A stretch of DNA of 64,000 nt from Treponemataceae bacterium (GTDB lineage: Bacteria > Spirochaetota > Spirochaetia > Treponematales > Rectinemataceae). The number at the start of each line of letters is the position of its first letter. Position 1 is the first letter of the stretch. This document shows, in pieces, positions 39,097-48,685 of the stretch. The stretch lies in the NCBI GenBank assembly GCA_963677895.2, contig CAXXGJ010000018.1:160001-224000 (forward strand), given 5' to 3'. The position numbers and the translations under genes are program-made. A model generated the notes under the pieces. That model saw only the letters and a list, made by a program, of their open reading frames with translations. It was not told the DNA's origin and did no database searches.

Positions 39097-39787
39097 CGGA
39101 CGCTCCCTTGCGGTCGCCCGCCACCAGGATTATCGTCGCCATGAGCAGCCCGACGATGATGGTTCCCCTGTCCCCGACAAGGAATTTCGCCGCGATGGTG
39201 GAGAGGCCGGCCACCAGGAAGGGCAGGGCTTTCTTCAGCTTGAGCGCCTGCTCCACGGCCAGGACGATGAACATCGCGGTGAGGGCGAAATTGAGCCCTT
39301 CGATCTTGTAGGGAATGAGGGCGCCCGCCAGGGCGCCGATGGCCGTGCCCAGCACCCAATAGAGCTGGTTGAAGCCCGAGACCATGAGAAGGAAGCCGCC
39401 GTCGGCCCTATCCTTTTCGCTTGCCGAACTCAGGAGGGCATAGGTTTCGTCGGTGAGGGCGAATACGAGGTAGGGGCGCACGCGCGGATGCTTGCCGAAG
39501 GTTTTGATGAGGGAAAGCCCGTAAGCCGCATGCCTTAAGTTTACGATGAGGGTGACGAGGGCGATTTCCGCCAGGGAAGCGCCCGCCGCGAAAAGGCCGA
39601 TGCCTATGTACTGCGCCGCGCCGGCGTAGACGAAAACGCTCATGAGCAGGGCGAACCACCAGGGATATCCGGAATTCACCGCAAGCAGGCCGAAACCGAA
39701 GCCTATGGTCACATAGCCGAGGAGGACGGGTATGCTCGACTTGAAGGCGTGGATGGCCGAACTGCTTTTGCCGTCTGAAATTGTCAT
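39080..39787 (-). CDS. azlC: Branched-chain amino acid exporter AzlC
   Basis: YAGAAQY, NLRH, LTDETYA and FALTAMF motifs. Confidence 0.9.
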   Translation of the reverse strand: MTISDGKSSSAIHAFKSSIPVLLGYVTIGFGFGLLAVNSGYPWWFALLMSVFVYAGAAQYIGIGLFAAGASLAEIALVTLIVNLRHAAYGLSLIKTFGKHPRVRPYLVFALTDETYALLSSASEKDRADGGFLLMVSGFNQLYWVLGTAIGALAGALIPYKIEGLNFALTAMFIVLAVEQALKLKKALPFLVAGLSTIAAKFLVGDRGTIIVGLLMATIILVAGDRKGASDAERR

Positions 39788-39879
39788 TGCGAGAAGAATA
39801 TGGATGATATGGAGTTAGGTCAATCGGGAGCCGCCTCCTCGGTCTTGTAAAATCGACCTCTTTCCAGCATACTGAAACC

Positions 39880-41028
39880 ATGGGAACTCAAATGAGGGGC
39901 ATCGCGCTTTGCGCCGTCGGCCTCGAAAAAATCGCCGCGCAGGAAATCACTCGACTCGGTCTTTCCGTCCTCGAACGAAGGCCGGGCAGAATCTACTTTA
40001 AATTGGATGAGATCACCCTGGCCAGGGATCTGGCCACGGCCAATATCGGCCTTAGAACGGTCGAAAGAGTGCTGCTTGAGCTCGGACGCTTCAACGCGGG
40101 GGATTTCGACGCCTTTTTCGAAGGCATACGGGCTCTTCCCTGGGAACTCTGCTGCTTCAAGGATTCGAAACTCCACATCGAGAGGGTGAGATCGCACGCG
40201 TCCAAGCTGGCTGCGCAGACAAGCCTCCAGTCCATGACGCAGAAAGCCGCCTATTCCCGGCTCATGGAAATCTACAAGATGAGCCAGATGCCCGAAACGG
40301 GCAATATCGTCGGCGCCCGCGTCTATCTGGACAACGACGAGTGCTCGGTCGGCATCGACACATCGGGCGACCCCCTGCACAAGAGAGGATACCGAAAGCG
40401 AGTCGTCCTGGCGCCTCTCAAGGAGACGATCGCCGCTTCCCTCCTTTTCTTCTCCGGATGGAACAGGAAATACGCCCTCCTCGATCCCTTCTGCGGATCG
40501 GGCACCATAGCCATCGAAGCGGCCCTCTACGCCCTCGATTTCGCGCCCGGCCTCATGCGCCGTTTCTCCTTCGAGCTGATGCCCGGCGTTTCGCCCAAGG
40601 TCGTCGATGAGGTGAGATCGGAATTTGAGGCGAAAATCAGGAACGATGTAGAGGTGGAGATCAGGGCTTCGGACACCGATCCGGACGCGCTGAACGCCGC
40701 GCGCGGAAACGCCGACGACGCTGGCGTGCTGGATTGGATCACCTTCGAGCAGAGAAAGGCCGAGGACGCGGCGCCCTTCGCCCCCAAGGGGCATCTTCTG
40801 GCCAACCCGCCCTACGGCAACAGGCTGGGAACTCAGGAAGAAGCCAAAGAACTCTACGAAAGACTGGCCGAGATGAGGGATAGGTTCTCCTCGGGCAACT
40901 GGGCTATGGGCTTCATAACCGACAAGGACGATTTCGGCGACGTGTTCGGATTGCTTCCTGACGCCTCCCACCATATCGTGAACGGAGCGGAGGAACAGTG
41001 GTTTCATTGGTTCCCGGCCAAGGGCTGA
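39880..41028 (+). CDS. THUMP-domain SAM-dependent RNA methyltransferase (RlmL-like)
   Basis: LHKRGYR, APLKETIAA, DPFCGSGTIAIEAA and NPPYG motifs. Confidence 0.9.
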   Translation: MGTQMRGIALCAVGLEKIAAQEITRLGLSVLERRPGRIYFKLDEITLARDLATANIGLRTVERVLLELGRFNAGDFDAFFEGIRALPWELCCFKDSKLHIERVRSHASKLAAQTSLQSMTQKAAYSRLMEIYKMSQMPETGNIVGARVYLDNDECSVGIDTSGDPLHKRGYRKRVVLAPLKETIAASLLFFSGWNRKYALLDPFCGSGTIAIEAALYALDFAPGLMRRFSFELMPGVSPKVVDEVRSEFEAKIRNDVEVEIRASDTDPDALNAARGNADDAGVLDWITFEQRKAEDAAPFAPKGHLLANPPYGNRLGTQEEAKELYERLAEMRDRFSSGNWAMGFITDKDDFGDVFGLLPDASHHIVNGAEEQWFHWFPAKG

Positions 41029-41050
41029 ACCCGATCGGGAGCGCTGAGGC

Positions 41051-42634
41051 ATGAACAATAAATCGGAAAGCTATCCGCTCTGCAGCCTGGACAATGGCGC
41101 CTTCGCGCCCGAAGCGGCCCTCTTCGTCGTTTTCGGCGCCACGGGAGATCTCGCCCACAGGAAGATATTCCCCGCTCTTTTCGACCTCTTCGCGGGCGAC
41201 ATCCTGCCCCGCGATCTCCTCATCGTCGGTTTCGCGCGCAAGCCGCTGGATGACGCGTCATATCGCGAAGACCTGAAGCAAAGCTGCGTGAAATACGCGA
41301 GACGCGGAAAGTTTTCCGACAGGCAGTGGAAGTCCTTTTCCGAAAGGATTTTCTATCTCGCCTCCGATCTGGACGACCCCGCGGGCTATAGTCTTCTCGC
41401 CGACATCATCGCCGGCCGCGACGCCGGTTTCAAGGCCAGGGCAAAGGGCAGAAGCTGCCCCGCCAACGCGCTGTTCTACCTCGCCGTCGGTCCCGAGCAT
41501 TTCGGCGCTATCGCCAGAAGGCTGAGCGAGGCCGGCTTGGGATCGGCGGGATCGGGCGCGGCCGGAGGCGAGGCGGGCCAGGAAGGCTTGAAGGGCAGGG
41601 AAGGCTGGCGCAGGCTCGTCGTGGAAAAACCCTACGGGCGGGACGGGAAAAGCGCCTTGGCCTTGACCGCGGCCCTCCACAACGGCTTCGCCGAAAAAGA
41701 CATCTACCGGATCGACCATTACCTCGGCAAGGAAACGGTGCAGAATCTTCTCTATCTCAGGTTCGCGAACTCGGTTTTCGAGCCGGTCTGGAACAGGAAT
41801 CACATCGAATCGATCGATATTTCCGTATTCGAGACAGAGGGCATCGGGGAGAGGGGCGGATACTACGATTCCGCAGGCGCGGCGCGCGACATGCTCCAGA
41901 ATCACCTGATTCAGCTCATGTGCCTGACGACGATGGAACCGCCTGCGAGTCTCGACCCGGAGAGCATCCGCGACGAGAAGGTGAAGGTCCTACAGTCGGT
42001 TTCGCGCTTTCTGCCGCGGGATATCCTTTCGCGGTCGAGGAGGGGTCAGTACGTCGGGGGGAATGATTCCGAAGGCGGACAGGCGCGCGCCTACAGGGAT
42101 GAGTCCAGGGTGCGGCCTGATTCGACCACGGAGACTTTTGTCTCCCTGCGGGTCGAGCTGGACAACTGGCGCTTTTCCGGCGTTCCGATCAGGCTGTCGA
42201 CCGGCAAGGCTTTCGCCTCGAAATTCAGCCAGATCGTCATCCATTTCAGGCGCCCGCCCGTGGCGCTTTTCGCCGCCCAATGCGGCGACACGCTCATGCA
42301 CAACACGCTCACCATCAGGATACAGCCCGACGAGGGCGTATGGCTGCGTTTCAACGCCAAGGTGCCGGGCATTCCCGCCATCAAGGCGAGCGAGCTCCGC
42401 TTTTCGTACAGGGAAGTGGCCGATTATCTGCCCGAGGCCTACGAAAGGCTGATCGCCGACGCCCTAGCCGGGGATTCCACGCTCTTCATCCGCGCCGACG
42501 AATCCGAGCATGCCTGGCGCATTGTAGACGCTCTGGAAGCGGCATGGGCATCGGTAGATGCCCATGCCGCGCCGGAGGATGGGGGCTTGCTTCTATATCC
42601 CGTCGGTTCGGCGGTTCCGGAGTTCCCCGCTTGA
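41051..42634 (+). CDS. zwf: Glucose-6-phosphate 1-dehydrogenase
   Basis: GATGDLA, EKPYG, RIDHYLGKE, DMLQNH and AYERL motifs. Confidence 0.96.
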   Translation: MNNKSESYPLCSLDNGAFAPEAALFVVFGATGDLAHRKIFPALFDLFAGDILPRDLLIVGFARKPLDDASYREDLKQSCVKYARRGKFSDRQWKSFSERIFYLASDLDDPAGYSLLADIIAGRDAGFKARAKGRSCPANALFYLAVGPEHFGAIARRLSEAGLGSAGSGAAGGEAGQEGLKGREGWRRLVVEKPYGRDGKSALALTAALHNGFAEKDIYRIDHYLGKETVQNLLYLRFANSVFEPVWNRNHIESIDISVFETEGIGERGGYYDSAGAARDMLQNHLIQLMCLTTMEPPASLDPESIRDEKVKVLQSVSRFLPRDILSRSRRGQYVGGNDSEGGQARAYRDESRVRPDSTTETFVSLRVELDNWRFSGVPIRLSTGKAFASKFSQIVIHFRRPPVALFAAQCGDTLMHNTLTIRIQPDEGVWLRFNAKVPGIPAIKASELRFSYREVADYLPEAYERLIADALAGDSTLFIRADESEHAWRIVDALEAAWASVDAHAAPEDGGLLLYPVGSAVPEFPA

Positions 42635-43341
42635 GCTTCACGCTTTGCCGTTTCGAGGACGAGGGCGCCTGGATAGGGGGGATTGTCCTGGATTTCACAG
42701 GCGCCGTAGAGGCGGCCCTAGGCCGCCGGCAGGCTGTCTTCCACGCGAGTCTGGCCGGAGGGAACACTCCGGAGCCCGCGTACAGGGCGCTTGCCGCCGC
42801 CCCCTCCCTCGCCGCCCTAAGCGGAAAAATCCGTATCCATCTCTGGGTCGGCGACGAAAGGGAAGTACCAGCCGAAAGCCCTTCGCGCAACGGAAAGATG
42901 ATAGCCTCAGTTTTTGGGGAGGGGGCGGCTTCCGTCAGCGCCGCCGCGTCCTGGAACCATCCTCCCGTCGTTCATCTCTGGCCCGAAGGCGACCGGGAAA
43001 AAGCATGCGCGGCCTATGCCGAAGAAATCGAGAAAACCATCGGCGGAATGCCGGTCTTCGACCTCTCCATTCTCGGGATGGGCGCGGATGGCCATACCGC
43101 CGGTCTCTTTTCCATGGCCGATACAATGGCCGAATCCCTTACGGTCACCACCGAAGCCCCTTCCCATCCCGTATCGCGGATGACGATGAGCGCCGCTCTA
43201 CTCAAGCGGTCGCGGCACACCATGGTTCTCGTTCGCGGACGCGAAAAAAAGGCGATGCTTGACGAAATTCTGAAAGATGACCGCTTTCCCTTGAATATGG
43301 CGGCTGGATCCCCCGCAACGATCTATTATCTCGAAGCCTGA
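42631..43341 (+). CDS. pgl: 6-phosphogluconolactonase
   Basis: LAGGNTP, GDER and LGMGADGHTA motifs; TTG start overlaps the zwf stop. Confidence 0.88.
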   Translation: MSFTLCRFEDEGAWIGGIVLDFTGAVEAALGRRQAVFHASLAGGNTPEPAYRALAAAPSLAALSGKIRIHLWVGDEREVPAESPSRNGKMIASVFGEGAASVSAAASWNHPPVVHLWPEGDREKACAAYAEEIEKTIGGMPVFDLSILGMGADGHTAGLFSMADTMAESLTVTTEAPSHPVSRMTMSAALLKRSRHTMVLVRGREKKAMLDEILKDDRFPLNMAAGSPATIYYLEA

Positions 43342-43358
43342 ACGAAACGGAGACCATC

Positions 43359-44130
43359 ATGAATCCAGGATCGACAGCCCGCAGACTCCTTCCTGCCGTT
43401 TTCCTGTTGTTGCTGGTTCCCGTGATGTCGCATTCCCAGGAAAATTCCATGCCTCAAACATTGACCTTTTCCGGCTACACATGGATGGTCCGCCAGACCA
43501 CGCAGTCCGAAGGCCCGATGGACAACTACTTCGGCGGCCGCGATCTTTCCGTGTTCCTGAATGACGATGGATCGCTGACTTTGAAAATATCGCCCGAGGC
43601 AGGCATCTGGCACGCGGGCGAGGTAACGTCGCAGAAATTCATGGGCTATGGCACCTATGTTTTCAAGGTCAGGACCCCTCCCGCCGACCTGGATCCGAAT
43701 GTCGTGCTCGGACTCTTCACTTACTCAAGGGCGAGCGCCTACAGCCATCGGGAAATCGACATCGAATTTTCAGCCTGGGGCCAGAACGGAGAACCCGTAT
43801 TGGGCCAGTACGTGATCCAACCCTACGCCAATCCCGGCCATATGATAATGTTCGATATTTCGAAAATTAGCGGTGCGGCGACCTATTCGTTTGCCTGGCT
43901 TCGAGGGAAGAATAGATTTCGTTTCCTGGGAGGGCTACGGACCGCGGCCGGCGGACGGCTCCCCCTCCATCATCTCCTCCTGGAGCTTCTCCGACCCCAA
44001 AGCGGTCCCCAAGCCCTCGAGCCAGGTCCATATCAACCTCTACCTCGCTCATGGCGACGTTCCACCCTCCGGCCGCGGCTCCCTTGCCGTCACCATAGAC
44101 TCCTTCGAATTCATTCCGGCAAAAAAATAG
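43359..44130 (+). pseudogene. Secreted glycoside hydrolase family 16-like protein interrupted by a +1 frameshift at about 43900
   Basis: Signal peptide and EIDIEF catalytic motif in frame 1. The plausible C-terminus (EGRIDFVSW...VHINLYL...IDSFEFIP) lies in the +1 frame. Confidence 0.75.
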
Positions 44131-44243
44131 GAGCCGCCCACGATTCTCTCGTGAACGGCTCCCTTTATCGGCGCCGGCCTTTTTAGGGCGGCGATCCAGC
44201 GCAGTCGGAGCGCCCAAGCGCAGTCGGCGCCAGCCTTCTATGT

Positions 44244-44948
44244 TCAGTTTTCGGCTATGAGCAGGGACTTCGTGTCCAGCTTCAGGCTCAGATCCTTCGG
44301 ATTCAGCATCTCGTGGTCCTTGATGACCTTGAAGTGAATGTAATCGTGCATGGGTTCCAGAACGATGAGGACCGAAATCAAGGGAAGCAGTTCCCTGAGG
44401 AGAATCGGCACATTGTTCTTGTCGAAGAGAGGATCAGCGCCCGACAGCGTGCAGGAATACCATACTTCCAGACCCATCTCGGCTATGAACTTCTTGACCT
44501 TTTCGAAACGCTCCACCGATCCGCGCGAGAAATCGAACCCGTCGACGATAACCGTCTTCGCGTCGAAGCCGCCATCCACGATCATCGCCCTGAGGGAGCG
44601 GGTGATCTGGTCGACCGATACTCCTTCCTGGGTGAAGTTCATGATGACGCGGTTGCGCACCAGCTGATCCTTGAGATTGCCGATGTCTTCCAGGTTCTTC
44701 CGTTTCGCGATCTCATCGAAAATATTCTCGTACCAGGAAATAACGTAACTCGTGTGCGCATTGAAGGAAACATGGATGACTTTTTCTCCCTGGATGAGCT
44801 TGTCGAGCGCCATCTGGACGAGAACGGAAGTCTTGCCGATGCCCTTTCTGCTGGAGATTATTCCGATATTGCCAGCGCCGAGGCCGCCTTCTATCGACTT
44901 CTCCAGAATGCGCACGCTGCTTTTCGAAATGAATTCTTCCTTCAGCAT
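44244..44948 (-). CDS. RecA/KaiC-like P-loop ATPase domain protein
   Basis: GGLGAGNIGIISSRKGIGKT Walker A-like motif and VIVDG Walker B-like motif. Confidence 0.7.
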   Translation of the reverse strand: MLKEEFISKSSVRILEKSIEGGLGAGNIGIISSRKGIGKTSVLVQMALDKLIQGEKVIHVSFNAHTSYVISWYENIFDEIAKRKNLEDIGNLKDQLVRNRVIMNFTQEGVSVDQITRSLRAMIVDGGFDAKTVIVDGFDFSRGSVERFEKVKKFIAEMGLEVWYSCTLSGADPLFDKNNVPILLRELLPLISVLIVLEPMHDYIHFKVIKDHEMLNPKDLSLKLDTKSLLIAEN

Positions 44949-45077
44949 GTGATCTCCTTTCGGCGATTGCGGGGCAATCCCCTGACATCTTCCCCGGCGC
45001 CGGAACGCCTGGGGAAGTCTTCATTCCTTAGTATACCCGCATTTCCTGCGGGCGGTAAAAAGAATTTGCCCAAAAAA

Positions 45078-47168
45078 TTACTTCTGGTGCTCTTTCTTTC
45101 TCTTCTCGAGATAATCCTCTCTCAGCTTTTCGGAGATCGAGGTGGGGACCTTTCCGTACTTCTCGAATTCCATGGTGAACTCGGCCTTGCCCTGCGTGAG
45201 CGACCTGATGACCGTGGAATAGCCGAACATCTCGGCGAGGGGCACTTCAGCCTCGACACGGCAGAACAGTCCGTCCTCGGTGCTGGCGGTGATGATGCCG
45301 CGCCTCTGGTTCAGCGAAGCGAAGATGTTGCCCTGGAATTCGTTCGGTCCCTCGACGCTCACCTTCATGATGGGCTCGAGGATGGCGGGTTTGGCCTTTT
45401 CATACGCTTCCCTGAAGGCGCCGATGGCCGCCAGCTGGAAGGCGATATCGGAGGAGTCGACGGCGTGGCTCTGGCCGTCGTTGACGAGACAGCGCACGTT
45501 GACGATGGGGAAGCCGATGAGACTGCCTTTCTGCGTCGCGGCCTTGAAGCCCTTGTCGCAGGAGGGGATGAATTCGATGGGAATCGCGCCACCCTTCACC
45601 TGGTTGACGAATTCGTAGTTCTGCTCGGTGATGGGCTCGATGTAGCCCGCGACGCGGCCGTACTGGCCGGAGCCGCCCGTCTGCTTCTTGTGGGTATAGT
45701 TGAAATCGGCGCGCTGCGTGATGGCTTCGCGGTAGGCGACCTGCGGCCTGCCTATCTCCACCTCGCACTTGTACTCGCGGCGCATGCGCTCCACATAGAC
45801 TTCGAGGTGGAGTTCGCCCATTCCCTTGATGATGGTCTGGTTGGACTCGGGATCGACGAAGGTCTGGAAGGTCGGGTCTTCCTTAGTGAAGCGGTTGAGC
45901 GCCTTGCCCATCTGGTCCGAGGATTTCTTGTCCTTGGGCTCGATGGCCAGGGAGATGACCGGTTCGGGAATATACATCGAGGACATGGCGTAGTTGAGAT
46001 CCGGATGGCAGAAGGTGTCGCCGGAAGCGCACTCGACGCCGAAGAGGGCGACGATGTCGCCGCAATAGCCTTCGGTGATATCTTCCATGGAGTTGGCGTG
46101 CATGCGGACGAGTCTTCCCACCTTGAAGCGCTTGCGCGACCTGGTGTTGTAGAGTTCATCGCCCTTCTTGAGTTCACCCTGGTAGATGCGCACGTAGGTG
46201 AGCTGGCCGTACTGGCCGTCCTCGAGCTTGAAGCCGAGGGCCACGGGTTTCTGGCTCGGGTCGGAGATGAGCTCGATTTCCTTTTCGCCATTGTCGAGGT
46301 CGAGCGCGACGTTGCGGACCTCGGTGGGGTCGGGGAGATAACTGACGACGGCGTCGAGGAGAATCTGCACGCCCTTGTTCTTGTAGGCGGAGCCCACGAA
46401 GACGGGGACGAATTTCTCGGCGATGACGCCCTTGCGGATGGCTGCCATGAGCATTTCGTTCGTGTATTCGCCGTCGAGGAAGGCTTCGGCCAATTCGTCG
46501 GAGAACATGGCCGCGGCTTCCGCGAGTTCCTCGCGGTAACGTTCGGCGTCGGCCACGAGATGGGCCGGGATATCGGCATAGCGGATGTCCTCGCCGCTGG
46601 GGCCGTCGAAATACACGGCGCGCATGAGGACAAGGTCGATGACGCCTTCCAGCTTATCCTCGAGCCCGATGGGGATCGTGACGAAGGCCGGATTGAGCCC
46701 GAGTTTTTCCTGGAGCTGCGCCTTTACCTTGAAGGGATTGGCGCCGGTGCGGTCGCACTTGTTGATGAAGGCGAGCCGGGGAACGTGGTAACGCTTGAGC
46801 TGGCGGTCCACCGTGATGGACTGGGACTGTACGCCCGCCACCGCGCAGAGCACGAGTATGGCTCCGTCGAGGACGCGCAGGGAACGCTCGACTTCGATCG
46901 TGAAGTCAACGTGTCCCGGCGTATCGATCAGGTTGATGTCGTAACCCTTCCACTGAACGTTGGTGGCCGCGGACTGGATGGTTATGCCGCGTTCGCGTTC
47001 CAGGTCCATGGAGTCCATGGTCGCGCCCGCGCCATCCTTGCCCCTTACTTCGTGTATGGCATAGATCTTCTGGCAGTAGAAGAGAATACGCTCTGACAGC
47101 GTTGTCTTGCCCGAATCGATATGGGCGGAAATCCCGATGTTTCGCATCTTGTGAATGTCATTGGACAT
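45078..47168 (-). CDS. fusA: Elongation factor G (spirochaete/mitochondrial EF-G1 type)
   Basis: [42 protein letters not shown] and GMGELHL motifs; not in an rpsL-rpsG operon. Confidence 0.97.
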   Translation of the reverse strand: MSNDIHKMRNIGISAHIDSGKTTLSERILFYCQKIYAIHEVRGKDGAGATMDSMDLERERGITIQSAATNVQWKGYDINLIDTPGHVDFTIEVERSLRVLDGAILVLCAVAGVQSQSITVDRQLKRYHVPRLAFINKCDRTGANPFKVKAQLQEKLGLNPAFVTIPIGLEDKLEGVIDLVLMRAVYFDGPSGEDIRYADIPAHLVADAERYREELAEAAAMFSDELAEAFLDGEYTNEMLMAAIRKGVIAEKFVPVFVGSAYKNKGVQILLDAVVSYLPDPTEVRNVALDLDNGEKEIELISDPSQKPVALGFKLEDGQYGQLTYVRIYQGELKKGDELYNTRSRKRFKVGRLVRMHANSMEDITEGYCGDIVALFGVECASGDTFCHPDLNYAMSSMYIPEPVISLAIEPKDKKSSDQMGKALNRFTKEDPTFQTFVDPESNQTIIKGMGELHLEVYVERMRREYKCEVEIGRPQVAYREAITQRADFNYTHKKQTGGSGQYGRVAGYIEPITEQNYEFVNQVKGGAIPIEFIPSCDKGFKAATQKGSLIGFPIVNVRCLVNDGQSHAVDSSDIAFQLAAIGAFREAYEKAKPAILEPIMKVSVEGPNEFQGNIFASLNQRRGIITASTEDGLFCRVEAEVPLAEMFGYSTVIRSLTQGKAEFTMEFEKYGKVPTSISEKLREDYLEKRKKEHQK

Positions 47169-47324
47169 CTTGAGCCTTCACCTCATTGCAATAGAATGCG
47201 GGCGCCAAAAAGCGCCGTTCGCGGTTCGAAACGGTACCTGGCAGCATTGTTGATAACAATGCGGGAGATTGTAGAAAAAAATGCGGTTTGTTCCCATTTG
47301 TTAGAAAATCAGCTACCTGGCTAC

Positions 47325-47353
47325 AGTATAGTGAAAAAGGTTCAGTTTTTCAA
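47325..47353 (-). promoter_or_regulatory. Putative sigma70 promoter of fusA
   Basis: Minus strand TTGAAA-17 bp-TATACT, about 150 nt upstream of the fusA ATG. Confidence 0.75.
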
Positions 47354-47366
47354 TACCCGCGGACGA

Positions 47367-47783
47367 TCAGATATATTCGATTTCCCAATCGAGCGGAGCG
47401 CTGTCTCTGAGCATCGCGCTGACGCCGCAGTATTTTTGCTGGGAAAGCTCGCAGGCCTTCCTCACGTTGTCGGGATTGAGATGATCGCTTGCCTTGAACT
47501 GATAGATCAATTTGATATGGACATACTTCTTGGGATGCTCTTCCCTGCCGTCGCCTTCCGCTTTCATGGCAAACCATGTGCAGGGTTCCCTCATTTTCTT
47601 GAGGATCGAAACGACATCCATGCCTGAACAGCCAGTGAGGGCGGCCAAAAGCAGTGGCTTAGGTCTGGCTCCTCCATCCTGCCCGCCGTCCGCGGCGGCC
47701 GCGTCCATGATGATCTTATGGCCATTCACGTCGGCCTCGAATGCCATGCCGCCATTCCAAATAGTTGTTACTTCGCTTTTCAT
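47367..47783 (-). CDS. OsmC family protein
   Basis: PKPLLLAALTGCSGMDV and KYCGVSAML (two conserved Cys). Confidence 0.9.
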   Translation of the reverse strand: MKSEVTTIWNGGMAFEADVNGHKIIMDAAAADGGQDGGARPKPLLLAALTGCSGMDVVSILKKMREPCTWFAMKAEGDGREEHPKKYVHIKLIYQFKASDHLNPDNVRKACELSQQKYCGVSAMLRDSAPLDWEIEYI

Positions 47784-47830
47784 GGAGTGCCTCCCATCGC
47801 ATGATATAACGTCGGGAGGAGGCCTGGCAA

Positions 47831-48403
47831 TCAGTTGGCGGAAACGGAGAACATGAGGCGATCGGAATAGCTGCCGCTCGCGGCCGATTGGGGAACATCG
47901 CGGATGGCGAGGGCGACGCTGAAGGGTTCGCTGTATTTGGAGGATTTGCCCGCGGCGGCGAAGGAGAATGTGCCGCCTTCGGCCGTCGATGCGGTATCGC
48001 CGAGGTAGAGTTCATAGGGGATGGCGGTCTTGTCGGTTCCGGTCAGGTCCCTGAGCGCGCCGCCGTTGGCCGAATGAACCTTGACGGTATAGGAAGAAGT
48101 CACGTTGGAGAAAAGACTTGCGTTTCCGAGATGCACGACGGCTCCCGTCTTTATCTCGAACCGGAGATCATTGTTCGGGGTATAGGCGGCGTTGCCGGAG
48201 ACCGTTCCGTTGGCGGGGATATAGCCGGTCAGGTTGGCGCTGGCGTCGTTGGAAAAGTCGAGGGAGAGTTTGAGCACGGCGGGAACGACGGCGACGATCT
48301 GTATGGAGACGCTTTTGGAGTTGGACGTTTTTTGAGCATAGGCTCCGGTGAGTGTCACCAGGGCGAGCATCGCGAAAACCGCCGACCGCAAAAACCGCTT
48401 CAT
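47831..48403 (-). CDS. Secreted hypothetical protein, possibly pilin/spore-coat-U (Csu)-like Ig fold
   Basis: Signal peptide; YTVKVHSANGG, IPYELY and C-terminal GSYSDRLMFSV strand. Confidence 0.6.
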   Translation of the reverse strand: MKRFLRSAVFAMLALVTLTGAYAQKTSNSKSVSIQIVAVVPAVLKLSLDFSNDASANLTGYIPANGTVSGNAAYTPNNDLRFEIKTGAVVHLGNASLFSNVTSSYTVKVHSANGGALRDLTGTDKTAIPYELYLGDTASTAEGGTFSFAAAGKSSKYSEPFSVALAIRDVPQSAASGSYSDRLMFSVSAN

Positions 48404-48533
48404 TCCTTCTCCTTGTCCATCCTATGCTTTAGATGATAATGGAGAAGGAAATGCTTGTTATTGTCGTGATGACCGGTTCAGAGGCCTTATTGACGGCCTG
48501 TCGTCTTTTTATTTGAAGGACTGCCGGCGATTT

Positions 48534-48606
48534 TCTCCAAAATCTCCAATAGACTAAAAGACTTGGAGCTAATTGTTAAAAGGTCCAAAATCTCCAATTT
48601 CTCCAA
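48534..48606. repeat. Array of TCCAA/TCTCCAA repeats in the intergenic region
   Basis: TCCAA at 48536, 48545, 48584, 48593 and 48602; inverted TTGGAG at 48563. The 15-mer TCCAAAATCTCCAAT occurs twice, 48 bp apart. Confidence 0.8.
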
Positions 48607-48648
48607 CGCCGGATTTCATGAGCGGAAAAATCGGAAATGAAGGTTTTT

Positions 48649-48680
48649 TAAAAAAAGCGGCGCGGTCGGGGCCGCGCCGT
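48649..48680 (-). terminator. Intrinsic terminator after the PPIase gene
   Basis: Minus strand CGGCGCGG-cccga-CCGCGCCG hairpin followed by T7. Confidence 0.75.
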
Positions 48681-48685
48681 AAAAT

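Noticed and set aside
44198..44227. AGCGCAGTCGG duplicated in the intergenic gap
   Set aside because: Only two copies of 11 bp; no other copies noticed and no evident function.
44313..47096. 927-aa plus-strand ORF
   Set aside because: Antisense shadow of fusA and the ATPase gene caused by high GC3 codon bias; no recognisable motifs.
48534..48606. Possible CRISPR array
   Set aside because: Repeats are only 5-15 bp with no unique 30-40 bp spacers, and no cas genes are present.
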